Shown here: one piece after another, positions 48,204 through 60,087 of the stretch | Layout of the letters: each line of letters opens with the position of its first letter | Position numbering within the stretch: position 1 is the stretch's first letter | Assembly: GCA_965153355.1 (NCBI GenBank) | Contig: OZ231126.1 | Span: 9,672,001-9,736,000 of the forward strand | Direction of reading: 5' to 3' | Source: Flaccisagitta enflata | Lineage: Eukaryota | DNA: 64,000 nt | The notes under the pieces: model-generated | What the model was told of the DNA's origin: nothing | The model's database searches: none | Seen by the model: only the letters and a program-made list of their open reading frames with translations | Translations under genes and position numbers: made by a program

Positions 48204-50574
48204 TAACCATCATCATCAGTATCGTAACATCCAGAATCATCATGTAGGGAGATGAACCCCAAATGAAGAGATTGAAGACATCAAGGCATTGAGGTTGCGG
48301 CATCCAAGTCCGCAGTTTTCCACAATTGGTCAGCCGGTTTGTTTCTCAAATCATCTCCCAGCTTGCTAGATAACTGGTGGATTCCAAAATCAGGAAGACA
48401 ATTAGTCACTCACAAAGTATCGTTAAGGCTCATTTCTTTGCTGTGAATTTTTAAAAATAAAATAACTCAGTAAGGAAATGGCTTCAATTTTACAACCTCA
48501 GAAAAAGTTTACTCGTCCTTAAAAACCAAGGGGTGTAAGTTTCAATAATACAAAGATATGTTCCAATGTAAAATATTACATAGTCAAAGAATATTTAAAA
48601 AATATTATCATTCAACTGAGATGCGATCACGGGACTAGAGCCTAGTGTAAAATGAATCCAAGTGATTTCAGAACCCACCAAATGCCTATTTCTTTTTCTT
48701 ACTTCGTTCTTTCCAAACCAACGACTATGCTGTGAGTAAATGGCTCCGATTTTGAGTATTTGCAAGGTTGGGTAGTTGAGCAAAACATGCTCAATATCTA
48801 AATAGCTCAGCACCGCCAATTCCAAATGTGCCAACTGAGACACGACTGTGGGATGAGAAGCACGAGTAGAGTGAATCGGAATGAGACCGCGAGATATTGG
48901 CTCGTGGCAAGCGCAAATCTCCATGTCGAGGATGAGATGCTTTAAAGAACTGCCGTCGGCGATTTGGCAGATGCGTCCCAGCCAACATGGAACGGAAGCT
49001 CGCCAATAACGCGCATTTGCCGCCGGAATGAAGACCTTCAATTTCTCCAATTCTGGACAGACTCGAAATAACGCCTTTAATCCATCGGTGGTGGGCTCAT
49101 AACCGCGCGGTAAAGTGAGAGTTGTAAGTTGATTTAGACCAGCTTCTGCGATCGTCTTGTCGAAAAGATCACGCTTTAGAGGGTCCCAGTCCAAGGTGGC
49201 TCCGGATAAATCCAAATCTCGCAATTGGGCATTGGAAGCGAGGATGCTTTTAATCTGCATCAAGGGAAACGCGTCATGCACTTGGTTAACTTCAGCACCG
49301 GCGGGCATTTGAACGGGAAAGGAGCTAGAAGTCAGCTTCACTTTGTCGATCCCGGAGAGGTAGACGAAATCATCGATCGAACCGTCTTCATGGCAAATGT
49401 AGTTCTGCCCCAAATGTAAAGAGCGCCATCTCGGTGAAGCCATCAAATGACTTCGCCATCGACGACAGACGCCAGCGCAACGAAGAATGTCTTCCAACGA
49501 AAGGAAATCGAAAATGGCGGTCAAAACGAGGTCTGGGAGTTGGTTGGCGGCGGACACAATGTCTGAATCTTCATTGGCCATCGAAGAGGTAGAGATGTCG
49601 GAAAGGCTTAAAGACTTTATTTTGAAATATAGAGCGTAATCTAGGTCGTCGTAGAATGCCAGGATGGTGTCGCAATTGTTATCAACTGTCGAGTTGGAGG
49701 ATGGATCGGAAAAGTCGTTGCTTGAAAATTCATCCTCGGAACTAACTTCATCGGACGTTGAATTGAAGATGTTGAGAAGGTAGTTGGCCATGGACATGAC
49801 TTCTGTTTGAGGTAGGTCTCCGCCACCCTCTGCCATCGGTATGGTAGAAATTCTATGGTGGTGGCTGGCTTCAGACATTTCGAGACTGTTTTCATGTTTG
49901 TTCATGAGATTCATATTGATAAAAAGGTACCTTCAGCCATTAGGGCTAATGATAAACGAAAAGGAAGTCGGATAAAATTTCAACCCAAAATGTGGACCAG
50001 GAGAAATCAATAAAACATGATTATAACATAAATGAACGCTATCTTATGATCATAAGCTATTCTTTGCGGTCTGTACTTTATTGTTGTAAACTTACTATGA
50101 AATGAACTTTAATTCCAAAGCTTTTTGCAACGAAATGAGTAAAAAAATGATTTTGCTCCAAAGGCAAATGATCCCTTTTTCAGGGTGTCGATGGCGAACA
50201 CAGACGTCAAGAAACCATCGGGGCCGGGGCACTACTTAGGAATTAGAACAAGAGAGCCACAATGGCAAAGCTTCTTGGAAACACGTGAGGATTAAAGACA
50301 GAAATGATCCACACATCGGCGATTCTGTTTCCGGGCAAAAATAAGTGAAGTAAAACAGAAGGGGGAGGGGGCGAGCTGATAAAATGATAAAAAATACAGT
50401 AACCCGGCGATACAATATCGTTGCGGACGGATGGGCAAGGGGGCACGACCCCGGCCCCTTCATACACATAAAAAGCAAAAAAAAAAAAAAGAAACTTCTT
50501 TTAATAAAATAACATGAGACGCGTGAAATCGAATAGACTGTCGAAACTTAGACTTTAGAGAAAAATAAAACGCG

Positions 50575-53500
50575 TCAACGCGAATCCGCTTCATCTGATC
50601 TGAAAACGCAATGCAGTTTGCCCATGCTACATCTCAGGGCAACAAACACCGGAAAATACTGATAGGCCAACTCGGTGTAAGAATTAAACCCGTAGATTTG
50701 GAGCCGTTGCAAGTGAGTCAACTCGCTCTTGCATCGTGAGCTCAATTCAAGAAGCAACCAGTCGTTGTGCAACTTGACAAAATGCTGCAGGTATTGGATC
50801 TCTCCCGGTTTCCTTTGTTCGTTGATGTCATACATGTAATCTTCAAACAGGTTAGGGTCGGTCCTTGACCTCATCAAGATGGGCTGATCGCCATCCGCCA
50901 TCTCCCATTCGCCGACGCACAAACTGAAGGTGCATTCTCTCAATCGTTTCCATCCCAAGAGAGAAAGCAGATCCGCCTCTCTTAAGGATAAAGCGCCAGA
51001 CTGAATCGATTCCGCGGAGTGACGCGGACCAAAGACATCTTCATCTCGAAACTCGATCGACTTGAAAACTTCGATGAGTGGCAAAAGTGAGACGAGTTGC
51101 TCAAATTTCATCTTTTCGAGGAGGCAGGACCACAGGACCAAGCTTGTGATGTTACATAGCGGAGTAAAAGCCGATTCGATGAGCGAGTGCGACTCCAATG
51201 GATGGTGATAACCGGTGAAGGTCAAACTTTGTAGCTGCCATGTTGTCGGTATTTGACTGAGAACCGTGCCGAGACAAACTTTTTCGTCATAAGCCAGCTC
51301 GTCAGAGAACATGGAAAGATGGGACACTTGATCCCACAGCTTTAGGACTTCCGGTACCCTGTCGACGCCGTAGAGAGTGGTGAAGAGAATTGTCAGAGAC
51401 CCGAGCCTCTGCTTACTGATGCCGCTGATATCCAATTCCTCATCGACCTCGTCAAAAAAGAGGCTCAGATAAAGATGCTTCAAGCGCGTCATTCTGGGCA
51501 AGATAACCTTGAGCGCGGCCCAGTCCTTGAGGGTTACCAGCGCCAAAGTCAGGGAGGTGATTTTCTGCCACCAGCTTGGCTGAGACAGCAGTTGAGCTGA
51601 TAGGCAACCAGGCAATATGTTGTAAAGATTTGTCAAGTCTATGCCGTTTTCTTTGTCCCCATATGCCGGAATGAGGGAGAGACTCTCCAAGCCCGAATAG
51701 TGCCGATTTAAAATCTGGAGAAGTCGCGTAAGGTCAGATCCATCATGTTTTAGTTCGTGATCAGAATCATCAAGTTCGGAATCATTGCGATCAGGATCGT
51801 CACAATCGGCATCATCATGCATGGAGATGAACCCCAACTCGAGGGATTGAAGAGGGCGAGGCGTTGAGAATGCGGCATCGAACGCAGTGACTGCAGTTTT
51901 CCACAGTTGGTCGGCGGTTATATTTCGAAAATCATCTCCAAGCTTGTTGGATAAATGGTGGATTCCAAAATCAGGGCAAAAAAACTAAAAATTTGCATAT
52001 TGCCTATTTTAGTTGCATGCATGTGACTATCCAACTGTCTGTTAGTCCGTCGGTTCATCCACTTAGCTTTTTTGGCATGTACGAGCGGTGTTTTTGAGTT
52101 ACTGCCCCTGCCCTAATGTTTAATAAGGCTATTTCATCACTGGCCCTGCCCAAATGAACGCGACATGCGTAGCCGTGCATCCAGCCTAGTTTTTGTCAAA
52201 TTATCATAGACTCACCCAGGTGCTCCGATTTCAGCCAGTTGTCTACATGATAATAGATAAAATTCTAATTGCCTAAAACAGTATCTAATATTTCCAACAC
52301 TGATTCTAGAACCCACCGAGTGCCACTGTCTTCCTTTGTTCATCCCCGGCCAAAAGGAACGACCCGAGTAGACAGCTCTGATTCTAAGCGTTTGCAAGGA
52401 GGGGAAGTTGTGCAAAACTTGTTCGACATCCGCGTAGCTCAACACCGCCAACTCCAAATGCGCCAGCTGAGACACGATCGCGGTACGAGACGCAGAAGAG
52501 GATACGGGCAAATCAACCAGAGGGCGAGAAATACGCTCATTGCACATCTCGATGTCGAGGCTGAGATGCTTCAACAAACTACCGTCGGCGATTTGAAAGA
52601 TGTTTTCGATCCATGGCACAACAGAAAATCGCCAAAAACGCGCATTCGCCGCCGGAATGAAGACCTTCAATTTCTCCAATTTTGGACTGACGCGGAAAAA
52701 CGCCTTCAGTCCATCTTTAGTTGGTTCGTAGCCGCGTGGCAACGTGAGACTTGTCAGCTGATTTCCCCCGGCTTTTGCGATAGTGGTCTCAAACTCCTTG
52801 CGGTCATGTGGGCGCCAATGCAGAGACGCGCCGGATAAATCCAAGCTTCGCAACTGGGCGCATGAAGTGAGGAAGCTTTTAATTTGCCTCAAGGGCAATG
52901 TGTCATCGAATTCTCTATAACGACCAGGCACATGAATGGGAAAGGAAGTGGTGGTCAGCTTCACATTATCGATCCCGGAGAGGTAGGGGAAATCATCGAT
53001 CGAACCTAGGACCACCAATAGTCAATTTTCACTAGTTGTTCATCGAAATACCGGATGCCATATTCTACTTATTATCAGCGGATTTATATTCTTGTAACAT
53101 TTCTTTCATTACATTGAAAGTAAATTTTCATTACTCATTGCTCTGAAACAGTACAAAATCCCTATACAGTAATTAACTATTGCTGGTCCTAATGAATCAA
53201 ACCGTCTTCATGGCAAATGTAGTTTTGGCCCAGTTGGAGAGAGCGCCATCTGGGTAAAGTCGTCAAATGATTACGCCATCGACCGCAGACGCCGGCGCAA
53301 CGGAGGAAGTCTTCCAACGGCAGGAAATCGAAAATGACGGTCAAAACGAGGTCAGGAACTTCGTTGACTGATGCAATATGACAACGAGGTCGGCCGTCTT
53401 CGTCGAGGTACGCGTCTGCTGCTTTTGCGGCTTCCTGGAAGGAAAGTCCTTTGATGCGTTCCTGCAGCGTTTGTCTTACATCGACCGGCATCTCTCGGAG

Positions 53501-54280
53501 CAGCATTTCTGTTTTCATGCAGGGATGTATATAGTTCCGTGAACTTTGATTAATTGTCCCTTTCCTGCCTTTGGTTTCCTTTAACAGTGTTTTTAAGGTA
53601 TAAATAGTATTAAATTGTGTCTTACTAATCAGTTTTAAGATTTGGTACTGCCAACAGTTTTATTTTCCCCAAACTTTCCTTTTTTTCTCTTTTCCCCCTT
53701 TGATTTCCTTCCCCATCTCCAAACCCTTTGATAAATTAGAATGTGGAACTATATACAGGCCTTTTTTGATGTCTTCGAGGGTGACGCCTTTCGTCTTTTC
53801 TTCCAGAGCTGCGGCGTATTGTGACGGTTTTTGTCCGTCTCTTTTGAACCCGTCGATGAAGACTGACGCTTTCTGTTGTTTGGACGGAGCTTGTTCTCGC
53901 CGGAGGTGGTCACCTTCCGTCATTGAATTGGTAGAAATATCGGAAACGCTTAAGAACCTTAAGGGCATTGACATTGACCTGGGTTTAAACTCTAAGGAGT
54001 AATCTAGGTCGGAAGATTCTAAATTAGATGCGGCATTGGATTGGGTTGCGTCATCGGAGAGGTTGTTGGTTGCCGACATGTTATCTGAATCCTTCTCATC
54101 TGTTGAATCGGTGGAAATGTCTGACTGGTCGTTAGCTGAAGAAGTGGTCTCGGGAGAATCTTCACCATCGGCGGGAAGGCAGATGGCTGCTGAGAAGACT
54201 TCAGGAAGATCTCCATCGACATCGTCAACGTCGGCCGTCGACTTCGATGGGATAATTGGGGGAAAGCCGACGGTCGACAT
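50575..54280 (-). CDS. F-box/LRR-like protein, paralog A, apparently intact if the MITE at 53520 is spliced out
   Basis: Exons ~54280-53761, 53508-53203, 53005-~52317 and ~51984-50575. F-box VPDLVLTVIFDFLPLEDFLRCAGVCGRWR followed by LxxLxL repeats. Confidence 0.8.
53007..53191. mobile_element. TIR element making up almost all of intron 53006-53202
   Basis: TIRs taggaccaccaatagtcaatt / aattaactattgctggtccta (19/21). Flanking direct repeat atcgaacc / atcaaacc (7/8). Confidence 0.8.
53520..53763. mobile_element. hAT-like MITE in paralog A coding sequence
   Basis: TIR core tgtatatagttcc (53526-53538) / ggaactatataca (53745-53757). Flanks ttttcatg / ttttgatg (7/8). Confidence 0.7.
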
Positions 54281-54645
54281 TTAGCTTTCAGGAGAACTTA
54301 GTACACTCATTTGTTTTCGTGAGAACATGCTTTTTTTCTCAGGCTCTGTGTTCTTAGTTCTAGTTCGATTTTAGGCTCAAAAAGTTCTTTTTATCTTCTT
54401 TTTTTCCAATCGCCTCCTTGTACTTGGTACTTACAGAGGTTTATACAGGAATGGTGATATATCTTATTCTCATCCACATCTGAGCCTCAATGTTCCTTTA
54501 AACAATGTTCTTAGTCAACAAATGAGTGTAATGATCAGCCGCAGAATCTATCGAGACGTGACATCGACGAGATGATTCTAGCAGTCAGAACCGAACCGTT
54601 TGTACTGGGATAAAATCAAGATCTAACCAAAATGTTAATTCGTCC

Positions 54646-55813
54646 TAAAACAAGAAAAAAAAGCTTAAAAACAACAGTCCTCGACTGTAGTCTATTTGGT
54701 GTCCGACCCGGCTACTCAGTCTGACCCGGCTACTCAGTCTGACCCGGCTACTCAGTCTGACCCGGCTACTCAGTCTGACCCGGCTACTCAGTCTGACCCG
54801 GCTACTCAGTCTGACCCGGCTACTCAGTCTGACCCGGCTACTCAGTCTGACCCGGCTACTCAGTCTGACCCGGCTACTCAGTCTGACCCGGCTACTCAGT
54901 CTGACCCGGCTACTCAGTCTGACCCGGCTACTCAGTCTGACCCGGCTACTCAGTCTGACCCGGCTACTCAGTCTGACCCAGCTACTCAGTCTGACCCAGC
55001 TACTCAGTCTGACCCGGCTACTCAGTCTGACCCGGCTACTCAGTCTGACCCGGCTACTCAGTCTGACCCGGCTACCAATTGCATACCTTAAAGTCCAAAA
55101 AAAAAAAAAATTTTCAAAAAAAAATTTTTTTTCAAAAATTTCAAAAAAAATTAAAAAAAATTTCAAAAAAAAAAAAAAAAAAAAATTTTCAAAAAAAAAA
55201 AAAAAATTTTTTTCAAAAAAAAAAATGTCTCAAGTCCAAGAAATAATGTTACTAGATACATCATAAATACCCTTATATTTTCTTAACCAATACTCAGAAT
55301 CTACTGAAATCTTGCAGGGGAGCTTAAATTGATGCAATGAACCTTCACAACAAGTTTGAACATTGGTGAACCTTTACTACCATTCCCCTATGTAAATTGC
55401 ACAAGTCCAGGAATTAATATTACTAGCAAAATACCCTTATATCTTCTAAACCAATACTCAGAATTATCTGAAATCTTGCAGGGGAGCTTTAATTGATGCA
55501 ATAAACCTTCACAACAAGTTTGAACAACATTGGTGAACCTTTACTACCCTTCCCCTATGTAAATTGCACAAGTCCAGGAATTAATATTACTACAAAAATA
55601 ATAGGCAAAGGGTATTAAATATTTATGAATGTTGTTGAAAGTTGGTACACAGGTTAGTAATGCCCTAAAAATAACACTGACCAAGTTTTATCAACATCTG
55701 AGTTGTGGTTCTCAAGTTTTTAAGGGTTGACACGACAACAAACGACAACGACTCACTACACGATCAAGGCTATGTTATAGTCCTCGACGTAAACTGAACG
55801 TCGAGGACAAAAA
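54646..55813 (-). mobile_element. Intact HINE-like element, family B, with about 20 copies of the 18-bp repeat
   Basis: Same sequence as 10664-12290 plus 29045-29078. Hairpin gtcctcgacg..cgtcgaggac plus A-run at the right end. Confidence 0.88.
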
Positions 55814-56058
55814 GTGCAATAAATAGAAAACAATCTAAGATAAGCAGTCTTGATGGACACTTTGATGTAATAGAAGTAAAATCAGAATGAAATACAAAGT
55901 CATTGCTTCTTGGAACTACAAACCATCCACTACGCCGATATTCAGTCCATTGCACGTCTTGTTCACTACGACTAGACTACCTAACGCGAACCCGAGCATT
56001 CTTGGATCAGGGGCACAAACGCGTTCACGAGGGTTACATATCAATCATGTGCATGCTA

Positions 56059-59000
56059 TTATTTTAAAGCGACGATCGCGAAGTTTCTGGGCGACAGATT
56101 GGGATCGAAGACGGGAACGATCCACGAATCCTCGATTCCGTTTTCGCGCAAAAACAAAAGTCGATCCAACAAAATGCAAGATTCGATGAGTGGCGCCGTC
56201 AAAAGGCGAAGCGCGTAATGGACCAAAACTCGGCGCCAGTGTGGCAACATCTCTTCAGATACGCGGCGCCGGATATGGCCGGCGTCGACATCGCGGAGTC
56301 GTGTGGAGTTGCTTTTGGCGGCGTTATTGAAGAGGACGGGTGATGATGATGTTATGACGCCATTTTCGATTTTGAAATCCAAGAGCGATGTCGGAATTCC
56401 CAATTTGGTCATGGACTCGCGAGCGTAATCCCAGAATGGCAGCGAAGTGATTCGTTTCCCTCCTGAAAGGAACGAGATTAGACATTGTATGCGATATAAT
56501 ATATCAAGATAATTCTATTAATAAGCATGAAAATCCATACTTTTGATACCTGATGATAAACTGGCCAGAAAACTACGACCCAACAGTCAACCCAGTCAAC
56601 AACATCCTACAAATATACCCCTGACTTGAGGTTTAACGAGCGAAGGATCCGCATGACGGATGAGGAACTCCAACGCGGCTCGATGGCAGTGAAGTTGTAA
56701 TGAGTGAGTGACGGAAGTGGAAGATGATTGGCGCAGCTTCTCGGCGTAATTCTCGATGGCGTGACAGGAAAGTTCTTTGGCTTCGTAGGACAAAAAGTGC
56801 CCCGGAAGCGAAGCGCAAAAGTCGCTCATTGGATAACCGGATTTCTTCGTCGGTGGATCGTTTGAAGAGAGTTGAGGTTGAGACAGTTGATGTCGCGGTT
56901 GAAGTTGTTGTTGCTGCAGTGATTCAGCAGAGTCAATTTTAGAAGAAGCTCCGGCTCTTTCTGACAGTTTCATGTAGCAGCAGGCGACGGAAACAAGTCC
57001 GACGGCGGAAGGCACTTCGGCGAAGAGACGCAACATCGCCGTCGACAGATCGCCGCAAGCGTGAAGTCCCGCCAACACAAATGCATCGTCGACGCGGGAA
57101 TCGTCACCGTCGTCAACTTCAATATTGCACTTTCTTGGTCTATCGGCAGTGGTTTTCTCCACATATCCATTGATGAGAGCATCTTTATTCACATTGTCAT
57201 GGAAACCGTTTGTCATTCCACTTACCATATTGCCGTTTTTCATGTCATTCCTAGTTTCCAAATTGTCATATTCACTCGGCTTATTGGTCATATCGCCTGC
57301 GATTTTTGCACTAATATCGTCGAGGTTTTCCTCGTGGCTATTTACAGCGATGAGATCATTTTTCAATCGATCATTTTTCAATCGACCATTTGTCGTGACA
57401 TAGGAAATTTCATCGCTCGTTCTTCGAGTTGCGGAAGGCGGTGAATCGTCGTTGTCGGCGTCATTAGATTGATGAGGACTCGTCTTTGTCGTGGTTTTCC
57501 GACTGACGACATTTTGAAATTCCTCGGAGGAGATTTGAGGATGAAGCTTCAAAGTCACGTGACGAGGAGAAGGAGAAGGAAGAGGATCAGAATGGTCGAG
57601 AGGAAGAGGATCGGAGAGATGAGGCGCAACGCGGTCGTTGAGTGGAATAGAACTAATCGAATTTGCAGGCTCATTCAAGTTTTTCTTGTTCAGTTCATCA
57701 ATGCTTACATGGTCTTTTTCCCGCTTAAGATTGTCACTTATTCCCGCCTCACGCTCGGGTTTCCGCCGAGCCGCTTGCCCATCTTTTTTCCTCTTCTTCT
57801 TGACCAATCCGTTTTCGACTTGGGCGTCGTATTGTTTGGCTCCGCATGAGAATTTCTCGTCAGCTTCGAGACAGACAACGCGCTCGCCCAAAGCGAAGCT
57901 CAAAGCGCGCGACAAATGACCTTTTCCTGCGCCGAAGTCGATCACTTCCAAGATAGGGCTGTCATTGTTATCTCTTTCACGTCTACCACCGCCACCACCA
58001 CCTCTTCCTCCTCCATCCAAGATAGCGCGTCTGCTGATATCACTTATTTGAAATTTTTCCTGATCTCCATCATAATCTTCATCATTACCACCTCCTCTAT
58101 CTCCTCCATCCCCATTTTGCTTACCACGATCCAATGCCTCTTCTTTATGTTGGCATTCCTTGTCAACAGTTTTAGTATCATCATTTCCATTCCCCAGATG
58201 TCTATCTTTTTCTAGACTAGATTTGACATCATTTACGCAATCAGTTTTGTCATCTGCTTCTTTCAAATTCTCTCCATTTAAGTTCATGGCACCATCGCCT
58301 TCTCTTTGTTTGTCACTCCTCGCCACAGTCTCCCTCAGATCATTTCCGGCATCATTCTCCTCCCTACAGCTGCGACACACTTCATGAATGAGTCGACTTA
58401 GTCTCAAGATTTCGTGTTGCTTCTTGGGTTTGACGTGTCTACGCAGCAAATGATCCAGTTCCTCTTTGTGCTGTATCACTTTTGCATCCACAGGTTGCTG
58501 CTGTTGCTGCTGCTGCGCATTCGACTGCCGCTTGTTGCTAGATGATTGCTGCGGTCGTCTTCTACGTTTACAAGTCTCCACTCCTTCCAGAAACATGGAT
58601 TCGACCTCATCATCGAGACAACTGGCTCTGGGCAGTGAGAGAGAATGACAAGCAGACCGGAAAGCGAGCAAGGAAAGGGGAAATGGATCTATTGTCGCAG
58701 AGGGTTCAGTATTTATGGTTGACTTTGACGCCTCATCAACCGTCGTCGTCGACATTTCGCCCGCAAATTTTTTATCGTTGTCATGATCCGTTATCGATGT
58801 CACAGCTGCTGCCACTTCCCTTACTGCTAATTTTGTCAGTGTTTCTGACGTTGCTGGCAAGACGAAGGGATCTTCGCAAAGAATAAACTTAGCGAGAAGC
58901 GCCGGATCCCGAATTGCATCCAGAGACTGCCGCCATGTAAGAGGCAACTTCTGCCAATGATCTTCCACGAAGAATTCCACAACGAAGGAATCTAAGAGCC

Positions 59001-59166
59001 AACGGTAAGAATCTAGAAAGAAGATGATCGACGAAAGGCGAGACTGGAGTGACGTCGTCGAGGGGACACTGGAAGAAGATGCTCTGGATGGAATACTCGG
59101 AGATCCACTGGACGGAATACTGGATGAAGGAATACATGGAGCGGACGAAGCCGCTAACGACGGCAT
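56059..59166 (-). CDS. METTL25B: Methyltransferase-like 25B (RRNAD1), 2 exons: 59166-56619 and 56462-56059
   Basis: VEFFVEDHWQKLP, RRHVKPKKQHEI, VIDFGAGKGHLSR, GLHACGDL, VACCYMKL, GYPMS, LLDRLLFLRE, VFDPNLSPRN; phase-1 GT-AG intron. Confidence 0.9.
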
Positions 59167-60087
59167 CTTTGATGACTTTATGATTCAAGCGGTGATCGAT
59201 AAAAGTGTGTTTGCCTATATCATCTTTGGGCAAACGTCATTTTTCATCAGTAAATGAGATCGCGTGTTAATCATGGAGATAAATGGGGCCATGATTGTAT
59301 TTACTTCGATCAAAACCTTTGTCTTCGACAGCTAGAATCGAGTAGGTTCGCTTATCAAGCTGGCTGTCCAGCAGTAGCGGTGGAATTGGTGAGTAAATCA
59401 ATTTTGTCTCACAGCTCGATGGCTATTAAAACAGATGCGTGACAAAATATTTTGCTTTTTCAACAATATGCAAATGAGAGCTACATTGCTCCCGTGATGA
59501 ACATATGACGGACATCAACGGCGCCTTTTTGTTATTGTCTGGTGAAACCCGCCGGTGGAAGTAAAAAATAACAAGCATGAATGGCGAGGTGTGAATGTAG
59601 GCGATAACGTCTGTTAAACAATTATGATTCTGTGCCCAGATCTAGAGAAAATAACAAAATTGTTTAAAGTCAGAACAATGTAATTAGCTTTTAAAAGTTT
59701 TGCTTGTGTACAATGTTGGACAACAATGTCAATCACCAACGTCAATGAAAATGAACACAGTAGATTTCAACGGAGCGGAGGCTGAGAAAGAACATCATTG
59801 AACACTATTTAAACAAGTTGAATAAGTTGATGCGTGGCAATAAAATGCGGTAAGAAGACCTGCAGAAAAGGAATAGCATGACTACCTATATAACATGACT
59901 CGCTATACTAATCTCTTAAACACGAAACTAAACAACTTCAACAATTGAATTTGATCACAGTGGTTAGAGTTATGTCGAAACACGAACGTTCACGAAGCTC
60001 CCTAGCGTAGTAAAAAGTACTTCGTTCGGCTATCAGGAAATTGGACACTAAATACCAAGCGCGTGCGAGTAGTTCGGCGGCGACGTT

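Larger units (their letters stand above)
30223..49914 (-). pseudogene. F-box/LRR-like gene, paralog B, split by the Helentron and several MITEs
   Basis: F-box motif LPDLVLTAIFDFLSLEDILRCAGVCRRWR. Segments 49914-~48680, ~48400-48204, 47598-47446, 47032-46860, 32135-31452 and ~30460-30223 are collinear with paralog A (PGCLSA.LLSQPSWWQKIT, WDQVSHL, IPTTWQLQS, RCK.ELT.L.RL.IYGFN). Confidence 0.85.

Noticed and set aside
54705-55075. Regular 18-bp array and its SDPATQ / SSRVRL ORFs (also 10710-10952) as CRISPR or a repeat protein
   Set aside because: Head-to-tail repeats with no spacers, inside a dispersed non-autonomous element in a eukaryotic genome.
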